In this document: in pieces, positions 1 through 14,413 of the stretch | Layout: the number at the start of each line of letters is the position of its first letter | Numbering within the stretch: the stretch's first letter is position 1 | Assembly (NCBI RefSeq): GCF_009914755.1 | Contig: NC_060925.1 | Direction: 5' to 3' (one strand) | DNA from: the human T2T-CHM13v2.0 reference genome, Homo sapiens | Length of the DNA: 64,000 nucleotides | Notes under the pieces: generated by a model | Told to the model about the DNA's origin: nothing | Database searches by the model: none | Seen by the model: the letters and a program-made list of their open reading frames with translations, nothing else | Program-made: the position numbers and the translations under genes

Positions 1-135
1 TGCCTGCTTAGTAGCTGTTATTAACCCTTCAGCTTACAAATCAGGAAACAGAGGCTTGGAGAGGGGAAGTCACTTGTCCAGGTTAAACAGCCAGAAAGTG
101 GCAGAGTCAGGACTTAAATGCAAGTCTTTCTGAAT
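1..135 (-). mobile_element. MIR fragment
   Basis: ttaca..ggaaacagaggct..aagtcacttgtccagg..cagccagaaagtggcagagtcagga matches the antisense MIR core. Confidence 0.7.
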
Positions 136-626
136 TGCAAATTTGTTTCTACTGCATCATGCTGCACCTCGAGGGATGGGTAGGATTCAGACCGCAGAGA
201 TGGGAAGGAAAGGGCATGTGTAGAGGAGGCACCGTATGTGCAAATGTGTGGTGATAGGCATGGGAGGAGACAGGGAGAGGTGTGACTGCACTAAATCCTC
301 CAGTGGGTGCTAGAGAGAGCGGGAGATCAGGGTGGTGTGGGCTCATGCCTAACCGCTGAGTCTTGTTGAGAGACAGAGAGAGGCAGGAAACATGGGCTCT
401 GCTCCTGGGATTCACTGATGAGTTGGGGAGTCAGGACTGACCCAGGGAAGTTGGGACCAGGCTAATTGCTATGTGGATAGTGGGGACAATCAGTGCTGTT
501 AGTTTTGAGAAAATATGCCCTTGGGCAGGAGTGGTCAGCATTTTGGTGAGATGGGTATGGTTGACTGATGGTGAGGAGGAAGGGGCACTGAGCCTGGGCA
601 GAGGTGATGGTTGGAAACTCAAAAGG

Positions 627-1357
<731 letters not shown>

Positions 1358-1397
1358 TTAATCAGGGAAGCAGAGAGAGCAGTGGGGACAGCAGGGT

Positions 1398-1600
1398 CTC
1401 AGAGTCAGGTGGATTCAAGCCTGGGTTTGAATCCTAGTGCTTCCATTTAATGAGCAAGTAGCTTAACTCTTCTGGGCCTCAGTTTTCTCGTTTGCACAAG
1501 AGGAACAATGATAGTGCCCCTGCCATACGGATATTCTAAGGAATAAATGACTTAAGAATTGTGCTGGGCACTCAATATGTTAGATATGGCTAGCTCTTAT
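1398..1600 (+). mobile_element. MIR
   Basis: cctgggtttgaatcctag...cctcagttttctcgtttg MIR core. Confidence 0.75.
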
Positions 1601-4229
1601 TACAGGCTGTGCTTCTGTAGGAAAGAAACTTACTTGCTAATTGCAAACAGTGGAGGAAAAGTTTGGGGTGCTACCACATTGAATAACTGGGGGCCTCTCC
1701 TCATCTGAGGGTGGTGGGAATCAGGGAAAGTGCCATCACTGAGGGAGGGCTGAGGATTTTCATTTCCAGAAGAAGAAACTGAGACCCAGAGAGGTCAAGG
1801 AACTTGAGCCAGAATTTGAATTCAGGTCTCTCTGACTCCAAACCTAGTGTTCTTTTTTCTGGGCCTCAGCCCTCCCCATAAAGCATCAGCTGTCCAGTGG
1901 TTACTCACAGAAGATGTTCCACAGTCACGATGGTGCTAGGAAGAGCCTGGGAGAGTCCCAAAGTGGAGACTTTGAAGGTGGGCCTATGGGCAAACTGGTC
2001 CTTAGGGGTAGGGGATGGGGTGGGGTAGGAAGTGTGTCTCAAGTCCCACAGGGGAACTCATAGGCAAGGAGAGTAGGGACCTGTCCTCTCTGGGCCCAGG
2101 AATTGGAGGGTCCTTTTGGGAACATCATCATCCCTTCCTTTCCTGGTGGTCTTATTTGTAGAACATCTTGTGTTATTCTTAGGCTCAGCTGTCAGCTGCC
2201 CAGATGTGGCTCTGGCTTTCCAGGCGGGACTTTTTGCTTGTCCTCAGCCACTGTGCACTGATTGCATGCCTCCTTGTGGGGCTGTGCCAGGGCTGCCAGC
2301 CTTTCAGGATCTCTGGGATAAACTCTTTGATTCTCTGCCACCCTCATTTGCTCCTTTCTCTGCCAGGAGAGCTCTCTGTGGAGCTGTCGGCCCACTTTCC
2401 ACAAAGAGCACGAGGGCTTCTCCATCTCGCCAGTTTCTTCTCTGAGTTCTTTGAGCCAACAGAAGTCCCTCTTCTTGAAACTGTTGCACTTGCCTGGTGG
2501 TGTGTTACGGACACTCCTTGGAATCATCTTTTCAAGCTGCCTTTTAGGTCCCAGACCCAAGATCTTAGAGCAGAGAAGCACCAAGACTCTTGTCAGCCAG
2601 CTGCCATGGCTTTCTGGCACTCAGGGGCTTCCTTCCTTTCCTGGAAATGACTAGTAATGTCAACAGTTGCCCTTGCAGGTGCTCGCTGTGTGCCAGGCAC
2701 TGGGCTGGGTGCTTTATATACATTATTATATTTAATATTTACATCATCATATTGGATTGTAACAATTTTTACCTTCACTTGACATGTGAGAATGGAAGTT
2801 TGGAGAGAGTAGGTAACATCCCCACGGTCACATACAGAGCTGGGAATTGATCTGAAGTCTTTCCAGAGCCCATCTCTCAGTGTCTACATTGCACAGTGTT
2901 CTCCTGAGGATGTTTCATGAAACAAACAAGAAAAGCCCTCCGTGGCAAAAGATGTTTATGAAACATTGCTGTTTCCACTCCTCTCTTGAAGATTTAAAAT
3001 GCAAACAAACATGCCGAAAGCCCTGAGAGGTCTTGCAGGGAAGAAACCTGTTTGTTTTTGTTTAAACCAGAATTTCACAGACTCCTTTAAAACACAGAAT
3101 TCCTCTTCCTCCTCTTGCTCTTCTTTTTAATGGGACACCACTTAATCATCTTGCATACCTACGATTTTCTGAAACACTTTGGCAACCACCAAATTAGGCC
3201 AGTCTTTTCTCTTTGGACCTCAGTTTCCCCATCTGTAAAATTAAGGGTTTGGGCATCCCACCACAATGGCATAACTGGTACTTGATTTGCCATCCAGCTG
3301 TAAGCAACCAGAAATCCAGCTAAAATATAGGAATCAATTGCTTTCAGACATTGAACTATAGGCAGCTGAAGACCGTGGTTCCTGAGAGCAGAGAAGCAAA
3401 TGAGGTGAAGTCATCTTCAAACCATGGCACAGGAAGGTGGAACCCAAGCACAATGGGGCAGCCTCCCTGCCCTGGTTGGAGTTTGAGGAAGTTGAGCTCA
3501 TCAGGGGGTCTCCTGGTGATCCTGCATTCATTCTACCAGTTAGTTGCTGAGTAGGAATTCTAGGCCAGGCACCAGAGAGGGTTCTTGCCGGGAGGGTCAT
3601 TTCAGTTGAGAGTTGAAGGATGAGTATGAGTTCATCAGGCAAAAAAAGTAGGGGGAGGAGGAGTTTTGGAGGGAGAAGGACAGCATATGTGAAGGCACAG
3701 GGAGTGGGGGCAGGTTATCTAGGCCCCACTGACAGTCCCCCACTGGACCCTGCCAGCTTAGATCTGGGCAGAGATTGGCTTGAAAATGTGGGGAGGGCTG
3801 GAGTTGAATAAGCCCCTCACAGCCTCACCCAGAGCAGGAGGAGGGACATGCGTACAGTCATGCACTGCATAATGAAGTTTTGGTCAACAATGGACCACGT
3901 ATACCATGGTGGTCCTATAAGATTATAACGGAGTTAAAAAACTCCTATGACCTAGTGACATTGTAGCCATCATAATGTCGTCGTGCAATGCATTATTCAC
4001 TTGTTTGTGGTGAAGCTGGAATAAACCTACTGCATTGTCAGTTGTAAAAAAGTCTAGCACATACAATTATGTGCAGTACATAATAGTTAATGATGACTGT
4101 GTTACTGGTTTATGTATTTAATATACTATTAATCATTATTTTAGAGTGTACTTATTTTTTAAAAAGTTAACTGTAAAACAGCCTCTGGCAGGTCCTTCAG
4201 GAAGTGTCCCAGAAGAAGGCACCATTTTC

Positions 4230-4661
4230 TTTCTTTCTTTTTTTATTGTACTTTAAGTTCTAGGGTACATGTGCACAATGTGCAGGTTTGTTACATATGT
4301 ATACATGTGCCATGTTGGTGTGCTACACCCATTAACTCGTCATTTACATTAGGTATATCTCCTAATGCTATCCTTCCCCCCTCCCCTCATCCCATGACAG
4401 GCCCCGGTGTGTGATGTTCCCCGCCCTGTGTCCAAGTGTTCTCATTGTTCAATTCCCACCTATGAGTGAGAACATGTGATGTTTGGTTTTCTGTCCTTGC
4501 AACAGTTTGCTCAGAATGATAGTTTCCAGCTTCATCCATGTCCCTACAAAGGACATGGACTCATCCTTTTTTATGGCTGCATAGTATTCCATAGTGTGTA
4601 TGTGCCACATTTTCTTAATCCAGTCTATCACTGATGGACATTTGGGTTGGTTCCAAGTCTT
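4230..4661 (-). mobile_element. 5'-truncated L1PA 3' end inserted in Tigger3
   Basis: Antisense L1PA 3'UTR; ORF2 C-terminal peptide WIKKMWHIHTMEYYAAIKK; 16-bp TSD agaaggca(c/a)c(a/g)ttttc at 4214-4229 and 4662-4677. Confidence 0.95.
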
Positions 4662-4793
4662 AGAAGGCAACGTTTTCATAGGTGATGACGGCTACGTGTG
4701 TGTTATTGCCCCTAAAGACCTTCCAGTGGGACAAGATGTGGAGGTGGAAGACAGCGATACTGATGATCCTGACCCTGTGCAGGCCTAGGCTAA

Positions 4794-4794
4794 T

Positions 4795-4834
<40 letters not shown>
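4794..4834. repeat. (TG)n microsatellite
   Basis: Direct reading. Confidence 0.95.
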
Positions 4835-4835
<1 letters not shown>

Positions 4836-5094
4836 TTAGTTTTTAACAAAAAAAATTTAAAAAACGAAAAAAAATTTTAAATAGAAAAAAGTGTATAGAA
4901 TAAAGATAGAAAATATTTTTGTATAGCTGTACTATGTGCATGTCATTACAAAAGTCAAAAAATTCAAATTAAAACATTTCAGTAAGCTAAGGTTAATTTA
5001 TTATTGAAGAAGGAAAACTATTTTTAAATAAGTGTATTGTAGCCTAAGCATACAGTGTTTATAAAGCTCACAGTAGCGTACAGGAATGTCCTAG

Positions 5095-5500
<406 letters not shown>

Positions 5501-6506
5501 CATTTATTATTTTTATAGCGTATTTTTAGTGTGCATTTTCTATGTTAAGATACATAAATACTTACCATTGTGTTATAATTGCCTACAGTATTCAGTACAG
5601 GTTTGTAGCGTAGGAGCAATAGGCTATGCCGTGCAGCCCAGGTCCATGGAGTAGGCTCTACTATCTGAGTTTGTGTAAATACACTCTGTGGTGTTCGCAC
5701 AAAGACCAAATCACCTAACAATGCATTTTTCGGAATGCATCCCTGTTGTTAAGCGATGCATAAGTATTAAATGAGTGAGTGGGCGTGCGTGTCCCAAGGC
5801 GGGTGTGGCTATTTTCTCAGTCCCAGGACCTGATCTCCAAGACCAGAGTGGGACGTCCTTGGGAATGCTGAACAGAACAGCCGGGGACGGGGTGGTCCTG
5901 GGGGCTCGGGGGAGGATGGTTTCCCAGGGTGTGTGAGGAGCTGTGGACCTCTCCACCCACTCCCCCACTGGCTGCGGCCCCGCACAGGCTGACGGTGGAA
6001 CTGCCTGCGCAGGAGAAAGGCGCCTATTCGGGTGCCTGGTGTTAATCTGCAGAGGGGTTGGCAGCAGCTGCTAATTTCTGATTTGCCTGTCTTTGAATGG
6101 GGGTAATTGCTGGGAGTTGCCAGTGTTCCAGGTTGTTCTCTGGAAGAGGGGGAGGAAGAAGCAGCTGTCATGGGCTCTGCGGAGCGCTGCCTTCTGCAGG
6201 TAGCATGGTGAAGCCTCGCTGGATAGAGTGAGGGGATAATGAAATCTAGCCAGGCAGGGCTGCAAGGGCCCTCGGAGGCCACCTGATCTGACCGGCTCAT
6301 TCTACAGGTGGAACCGAGATTCGGAGGGAGGGAATGTGTTCAGGACCACACAGGGTGGGCCTGGCTAGGCTGCTTGGCTCCAGCCAACAACCCAGCTATG
6401 CTTGGCATTGGCTGTGCCTCCCCACCCCCATAGACCCCAGTCTCTCCAGGACCCCCGAGGCTGGGGCATGTGTGTCAAGAACCCTTTTGTCTTTCTCTGA
6501 CTGCAG

Positions 6507-6697
6507 GAGACCAGCGCAGCGGTGGGGTCACTGAGGCCAGCAGCCTCCTGGGGGGCTCCCCGAGGCGTCCCTGTGGCCGGAAGGGCTCCCCATATCACAC
6601 GGGGCAGCTGCACCCTGCGGTGCGTGTCGCAGACCTTCTGCAGCACATCAACCAGATGAAGACGGCCGAGGGTTACGGCTTCAAGCAGGAGTATGAG
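6507..6697 (+). CDS. PTPRU: PTPRU coding exon, juxtamembrane/wedge region: (G)DQRSGGVTE...FKQEYE
   Basis: cag| acceptor, |gtgcac donor, 191 nt, phase 1/0; [17 protein letters not shown] is the R2B PTP motif. Confidence 0.96.
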
Positions 6698-6759
6698 GTG
6701 CACGCCGGCCCCGGGCCAGCAGGATCCCTGCAGAGGCCTCACCTGGCTCTTACTCTCTG

Positions 6760-7260
6760 TGGACTCTGACCCTGGCAACCCTCAGCCTAGTCCTGGTTGG
6801 ACGCCTGCTCTGACAGTTTCCAACTCAACCTTTTTGACCTCGACTCTGACCCTCATCCTAATTTTAGACTGATTTGGTTTTTCACTCTCATGCTAACCCT
6901 GATTTGAAATCTGACCTTGAATCTCGTCTCCATCTCTATGTGGACTGTGATCGGGATCCTTATTCTGTCCCTAAACTGAATCTGCCCACTGACACTGACC
7001 TTGACCTAATCCCAGCCTGACATTGATCCTGACTGTCATCCTAAGCTCCATTTGAACTCTGGATCTCATCCCACCTCTGTCTGGACTCTGACATCACCCT
7101 TATCCTAATCTAAATCTGACCTCACCTTTACCTTCTTTCTAACCGTTATTCTAAGCCTGACCCTTATTCCAAAATGTCTTTGAACCCTGACCCTCTTTTC
7201 CTCTTTTCTCATTTCCCTTCCCCCCACATGCCTTGGTTTTGACCCTGGTCCCTGGCTGAT
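6760..7260. repeat. Degenerate hexameric (TGACCC/TAACCC-like) low-complexity tract
   Basis: Recurrent ctgacc, tgacct, ctaatc and ctaacc units with roughly 6-bp phasing, read by eye. Confidence 0.6.
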
Positions 7261-7427
7261 AAAAGGACCCACAGTGACACAGTGACTTTATCTCAGGCCC
7301 AAGTTCAGCTTGAATCTGGCCCTTATCATCCCACCCCCATCCTGCCTACATCATCCCCACTGAGGGGAAGGGGCCCTATCAGTGAGGGTCCCTCTCTCCC
7401 ACTGACCACCACTTTTCTTTCTGGTAG

Positions 7428-7503
7428 AGCTTCTTTGAAGGCTGGGACGCCACAAAGAAGAAAGACAAGGTCAAGGGCAGCCGGCAGGAGCCAATGCCTG
7501 CCT
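7428..7503 (+). CDS. PTPRU: PTPRU exon [25 protein letters not shown]
   Basis: tag| ... |gtgagt, 76 nt, phase 0/1. Confidence 0.95.
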
Positions 7504-8005
7504 GTGAGTCCTGGGGAAGGGCCTGGGGTCCAGGGCAGTGGGTGGGAGGGCATCAGGAGGGGGAACACAGCCAGGGTGAGCTGGGGCAGCCTCAGAGATG
7601 ATAGTAGCATTGGCCACCTTTTATTGAGGGCCTACCACACGTCACGCCCTGTGCTTGTTTCATTTATTCCCTTCAATTTCCCTGTGAAACGGGAAATACT
7701 ATAATCCCTGTTTTACAAATAAGGAAACTGAGGCTTGGGAGATTAAGATTCCTGCTTAAGGTCTCAGAGCCAGTAATTGCCTGAGCAGCATACACTCTTA
7801 GGCCTCCTTGACTCCATAGCCCAGGCTCTACCCCCTGGTGTGTCCTGCCTCCCATGGTGCCCAGAGACTACTGGTAAGCCCTGAGACTCTAGGTTCCCTG
7901 GCTGCCCTGCCTGTGCCCTATCCTCTAGCCTCCAGGAATCCCTCCCTGACTGCCTAGCTCTGGGCTCCCCAGTTCAGCCCCTGCCCACCTGCTCTGTGTT
8001 TACAG

Positions 8006-8082
8006 ATGATCGGCACCGAGTGAAACTGCACCCGATGCTGGGAGACCCCAGTGCCGACTACATTAATGCCAACTACATAGAT
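8006..8082 (+). CDS. PTPRU: PTPRU D1 exon (Y)DRHRVKL...DYINANYID
   Basis: cag| ... |gtgagt, 77 nt; PTP motifs DxxRVxL and DYINA. Confidence 0.97.
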
Positions 8083-9782
8083 GTGAGTGCCTTGCCCTGT
8101 CATTTCTGCAGACCTGGCCCTGCCCGCTCCAGGCTTACTATCCAGGCAGGGCAGAAACCTGTCGGGATAAATGGGGGTTCAAATGGCTGAGTTCGGAGTG
8201 CCCCTATCTCTGCAGTCAGTGCCAGGGAGCTCAGAGGAGGGAGGACAGTGAGCAGCAGCTTCTGGAAGGCTTTCTGTAGGTGGGAGTTGGCCTGAGAGAT
8301 GAGGTGCTTTAGAGAAGCAAAGCAAAGGGAAGAGGCAGACAGCTAGGCCAAGAGGTGAGGAAGGCGGGAGGCATGGAGAATGGGATTCTCATCGTGCACC
8401 ATGAGGCTGAAGAGGTAGGCAGGGGCTGGATTGTGAAGACCTCAAATGGCAGGCTCAGGAGTGGGGGCTTTTTCCTAGGGGCACCAGGGAGTTGTTAAAG
8501 TGTTTTGACCATGATCAGAGTGGTCCTTTAAGAATAATAACGCACATTTATCCAGCACGTACTGAGTGCCAAGCACTGTGCTAAGCACTTTACACCCAAG
8601 ATCTCCTTTTCTGTAATCCCTCCACCCACCCTTTGAGGCAGTTAGCACCATGACCTCACTTTACAGGTGAGGAAACCGGGGCTCAGAGACGTGGAGCGAC
8701 TTGTCCCAGGTTGCACAGCTAGTGAGTGGTAAAGAAAGGACGCAAATCTCAGCCTGTCTGTGTCTCTAAAGCCTTTGCTGCTGTGAGGCTGTCCTGCCCC
8801 CTGCTGCAGCAGCAGCAGGACTTGGATGGATTGGAGGGAGGGGCCAGAGACAGAGCAGGCAGCCAGGAGGCCTGGGCTTGGGTGTCAAAGAGAGGTGATG
8901 AGTCTACTTCCTAGGTGTGGAAGAGGGGCGAGGCGGGACAGGGCCCCTAATCCCTACAGCAAACCAAGTTTGGGAGAGCATCATTTAATCACGTATGAAA
9001 TATATTTTGAGCACTTCCTTTGTGCCATGCATTGTGCTGGGCACCAGGGATACAGATGTGAACAAGACAGTCATGGCCTCTGCTTTCCTTGAACATATCT
9101 ATTTGAGTGGGTGAGACAGATAGACATGTTTACAAATCAAAATAACTTCAGATTAGATGAGCAAGTGCAGGCCAGGAGAGAGATCACACAGCTTGAGTGT
9201 TACACAGCAGGCTAGTGGCAGAGCCAGGGCTGGTGTGGCGGGCTTTGTGGAGGAAGCAGGGCTTGAGCTGCCTCTGGGTGGCTGGAGAGGAGAGGGAAGA
9301 GTGTCCCGGGTGAGGAGCTGCCTAAGCAAAGGCCTGGGGGGCCAGGCAGAGCAAGGCACAGGTCTGGGAGCCGAGGTAGTCAGGGTCTCTGGAGGTGGCC
9401 TCTCCTCTCCCTCTTCTTCTCCTCCTCCTGGGGCCAGATGTGCCATGCCATGTTTCCCAGAATCCCTTGCTGCCTCCCCCACTCATCCTGTCCCTTGGTT
9501 GGAGTCAGGGCCAGGCCCAGCCTGGAAGACTTGGGCAGCTTTGGTGACAGCGGGCCTCTCCTTGGTCTTGCCAAGGTCCCAGTTGGCTCCTCTTGGGCCC
9601 TGGCAGGGACATGCCACTCCCCACTCTGTGGCTCAGCCCAGCCCGGCCTGCCCGTCTCCGCTCTGCCTGCCCTGCTCACATCGCCCATTCTGGCCACTCC
9701 TGTGCTCCGTCCACCTCCATCTGCCCCTGGCCTAATATCTGTCTCTTTTGCTTTGTACTGTTTCCTCACTGGAATCATTAAG

Positions 9783-9800
9783 ATTCGGATAAACCGAGAA
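9783..9800 (+). CDS. PTPRU: Alternative 18-nt PTPRU microexon IRINRE
   Basis: Pyrimidine tract, aag|ATTCGGATAAACCGAGAA|gtaagt; phase 0/0 matches the flanking exons; recalled from PTPRU isoforms. Confidence 0.88.
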
Positions 9801-10383
9801 GTAAGTATCTCTCTCCCCTTCTCCTCCTCCTCCTCTTCCTCCTGTCTGTCTGACTGGCTGTATCTCAGACTCTCTCACGGTCTCTGGCTGTCTGTCTCTC
9901 TGTCTCTGTCCTTCCTTTCTACTTATGTGCCCAGCACCAACCGTCCATTTCAGCAGCCTGGCCAGGGGCTGCCCAGGGCTGAAGATTCGAGAGTGTTCCT
10001 ATTGTAAGCAGTTCCCTCCCATCCTCCACTGCCTTGAGCAGGGGCAGCAGTGTTGGGGGTGCTTCCCCTGCCCATTCTGCACTGGTCACAACAGTCTGTC
10101 ACCTTCCTTCCCTGGCTCCGCCATTCCCAAGGAGTCCTCCCTAGCCTCCCTAGCTGCACCTTCTACAGGACCCTTTGGAGGGTGCAGGGGAAGCTGCCCT
10201 GGAGGGCCCTGTTTCTGCTGCTTAAGGGTCAAGATCTTGGACAGCCCCAGGTCAGCCTCCTAAAACTACTTTCCCTAGTGTTCAAATACCTTCATGATCA
10301 GTTTGCCTGAAACTCAACCCCGACCATTTTACCCTCAATTTAGCCTTAATTTGAATGTTTTTTGGTGGAAGCAGTTTGGATAG

Positions 10384-10710
<327 letters not shown>

Positions 10711-10774
10711 CATTTTTTAGCCTTTTAAAATTAAAAAAACTACCCTAATTCATCTAGCTATTCTCTAATTTGAT

Positions 10775-11306
<532 letters not shown>

Positions 11307-11395
11307 TCATAATATTTAATGACTGGTGATTATTTGCTATTTTGTGGGTGCTTTTTCCATTTTGTCTCCTTTTTCTTTTAAAAAATATATTTCTT

Positions 11396-11630
11396 GGCTG
11401 GGTGCAGTGGCTCACACCTGTAATCTCAGTACTTTGGGAGGCTGAGGCGGGAGGATTGCTTGAGCCCAGGAGTTAGACCAGCCTGGGTAACATAGTGAGA
11501 CCCCATTTCTACAAACAAACCAACAAACAAAAATTAGTTGGATGTAGTGGCCTGTGCCTGTAGTCCCAGCTACTTGGGAGGTTGAGGTGGGAGGATTGCT
11601 TGAGCACTGGAGGTCGAGGCTGCAGTGGAG
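11396..11630 (+). mobile_element. AluJ-like, 3' truncated
   Basis: ggctgggtgcagtggctcacacctgtaatc head. Confidence 0.9.
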
Positions 11631-11857
11631 ACAGTGGCATGGAGCGACAGCAGGAGGGAATTGGGCTAGACGTGGAGAAGTTCCAGTGCTGAGGGCTGAG
11701 AGTCACTGGGAGGCTTTTCGTCATTAGTCACTTTGACTATGTTTTGGTCATTTTCGTGGGAACAGTGAGCAGGTATCCAGCAGAATCTCTGAGTGTTTGT
11801 CTTGCTATTATCCTCATATTGCAGAGGAGAACAAAGGCTTAGAGAGGCCAAGAGCCT

Positions 11858-12012
11858 GGCTACTCAGGATGTTTTGAGGCCAGCAATATGGACACCACCT
11901 GGGAGCTGGTGATGCATAATCCCGGGCCCCACCCCAGACCTTTGAATCTGAATCTGCCTTTTAACAAGATCCCCCGGGAGATTTATGTCTCAAGAAAGAC
12001 TGAGAAGCACCT
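11858..12012. mobile_element. MER5A-like hAT DNA transposon
   Basis: cacctgggagct...gggccccaccccagacc...ttttaacaagatcccc...tgagaagcac. Confidence 0.75.
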
Positions 12013-13397
12013 TCTCAGCGCTCAGAGTTACACAGCTACTGCTCGGCATAGCTGTGGCAGGGACCCAGGTCCATTCAACTCCAAGACTCAGATTCTTCAC
12101 CCCATAGTCAATCGCCTTCTGCCCCAGCAATTCTTGACTTCCATTTGATACACTTGATTCATTTGTATCTTCAAGGATACTGCTTCAGCTTTAAAATAGT
12201 AGTAGTAATAATAATGGCTATTACTGAATAAGTACTGACTTTGTGCTAGACACAGTGGCAGACATTTAACATACTACTTTATTTGCTTCTCACAACAGCC
12301 CTCAGAGGTAAATGCTGTAATTATTCCATTTTATAGACATGAAAATGGAGGCATAGAGAAATGAAGGAGTTTTTGCTCAAAGGCACACAGCTAGTGAGAG
12401 GTAGAGCTGGGATTTGAACCTTGGCAGTCTGGCCCCTGGGCTCCTCAGGCCTGGGAAGTTCACGAGACCGGAGGAGTTGCTGGGAGCTGTGTTGAGGGTG
12501 TAAACTTGAGGTAGGGGGCTGGGCTAGTTTTCTCAGCGCCAGCCCTGCAGTACTAATTCCCCTTTCCGCATTGCCCGCATTGATGCCCTTGGTATCTGGT
12601 GAATTCTTTTGCTCAGAAAGATGAGGCCTTGTGGCAGGACCTCATGGGTGGCTGTGGCCCTGGGGTGGCTTGTCGGAGGGCAGGTTTCTCTCCTCAGCTT
12701 GGGGGCTCTGGGGATGGAGGATGAAGTAGCTCTTGGCCTCTCTCTCGTGGGAGGTGGTACTGGTAAAGTGCTTAGCACAGTACGTGACCATAACAGGGTC
12801 ATTATTATTGATCTTAAAGATTTTAACATTTTATCCAAGGGCCATGAGTAATGTCTGTGCCCATATACTTCCATCCTGAAGCCCTCATCTAGGCCCCCCA
12901 CGCTCTGAGTGACTGAGGAGTAAGGGGGAGGGGTACTGTCCATTCTGGTTATCCCAAGTGTGGGGGCTAAGATAACTGACAAGCTCTGGTTATCCCACGT
13001 GTGGGATCTGGGTTGATTAGAGCTTCTGGAACCCTGGGAACAGGGCAGGGCCATTGGGGACTCTGTCTCCGAACAACAGCCTGGCTGAAAGCAGATGCCT
13101 CTCTCCACTTTATGGGTGGGGGGTCCCTCTAGGCACATAAAGGAGTCATGTCCTCCCTGGGGTTGCACAGCCCAGGTTGGATTAAGCCCACGACTCTGGT
13201 GTCCCAGCTGTACTTCTCCACTTCCTTGGGGACCTGGGGGGATGCAAAGTCATCCTGCTTAGGAGGTCCTAGGGATGTGAGGGAGCAGTTCCCTGGTGGG
13301 GTAGGGGTTCTGCTGCTGGGAGGGGAGGGTAGAGGAGGTGTGGGGGAGTGAGGGGCTACTCCCTGGGGTCTAACCGTGCCCTCTCCTCCTGTTCCAG

Positions 13398-13434
13398 GGT
13401 TACCACAGGTCAAACCACTTCATAGCCACTCAAG
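13398..13434 (+). CDS. PTPRU: PTPRU D1 exon GYHRSNHFIATQ(G)
   Basis: cag| ... |gtacct, 37 nt; IATQG motif. Confidence 0.95.
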
Positions 13435-14109
13435 GTACCTGGCACTTCTGCCCACATGCGCCTTCCCATGTGCCTCCCAGCGTGCTGGAATGCCCTCAGC
13501 TTGCCTTTCTGCCTCCCCTGCTGATCCGCTTGATTCCTGAATGTCTCCCCACCGTCGCCATATTCTGGCTCCCTGCTTGTTCATCTGCTCCCGATTCTGC
13601 TGGATCTCTTGGAATCTGGCCAACTGCCTTTGTCCCCTCTTTGTGTTTGTGTCTCCCTGATGTGCTCAGTCCATCTGTTGCTCCTGGTCTACCTGCCTGT
13701 CTCCAAAGTGGTGTCTGTAAAAGGGCCAGCTGGGCTCAGGCCTCATGGGTGTGGGTTGGGCCTCTCGGTCTGGTGGCTGCCTGGATTCTTCTGTTTGCAT
13801 CCCTTTCCACGACTGTCCATCTGTCTGTCCCTCCTGGACACTCATGCCATTGCCCAACCATCTGGTCCTCCTCCAGGGTCCCATTCAGGATGAGCGGGCT
13901 CTTTAGCCAGGCCCTCTCCTGATGCTACCCAACCTCAGGGCCCTACAGGCATGCGTCAGCTGCAAGCTGGGTGTTGTGGGCAGCATGAAGCCCCCGTTGG
14001 GGCTCAGGAGGCCTCCTGGCCTGGGGTGTGGTGCTGGATGGTGCTGGATGTGCTGACCTGGGGTGGAGACCTTGTCTCAGGGACAGGCACCCTCTGCCTG
14101 CATCCCCAG

Positions 14110-14207
14110 GGCCGAAGCCTGAGATGGTCTATGACTTCTGGCGTATGGTGTGGCAGGAGCACTGTTCCAGCATCGTCATGATCACCAAGCTGGTCGAGGT
14201 GGGCAGG
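14110..14207 (+). CDS. PTPRU: PTPRU D1 exon [16 protein letters not shown]...VEVGR
   Basis: cag| ... |gtaagc, 98 nt; DFWxMVW and IVMIT motifs. Confidence 0.97.
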
Positions 14208-14296
14208 GTAAGCCGGGCTGTGGGGCGAGCTGGGGCGCATGGCAGGCCAAGGGGGCAGCAAAGAGCCCACTGAGTCCCGTCCTGTGGGGCCTCTAG

Positions 14297-14413
14297 GTGA
14301 AATGCTCACGGTACTGGCCGGAGGACTCAGACACCTACGGGGACATCAAGATTATGCTGGTGAAGACAGAGACCCTGGCTGAGTATGTCGTGCGCACTTT
14401 TGCCCTGGAGCGG
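14297..14413 (+). CDS. PTPRU: PTPRU D1 exon VKCSRYWP...FALER
   Basis: tag| ... |gtgagt, 117 nt; KCxxYWP motif; preceded by an 89-nt intron. Confidence 0.97.

Noticed and set aside
2116-2650. Overlapping 100-150-aa ORFs on both strands, slightly coiled-coil-like
   Set aside because: No recognisable protein, poly-A or TSD; cannot support a pseudogene without a search
6480-6506. Possible 27-nt in-frame upstream extension of the exon from an AAG acceptor
   Set aside because: No pyrimidine tract before that AG; the segment is itself the real acceptor's pyrimidine tract
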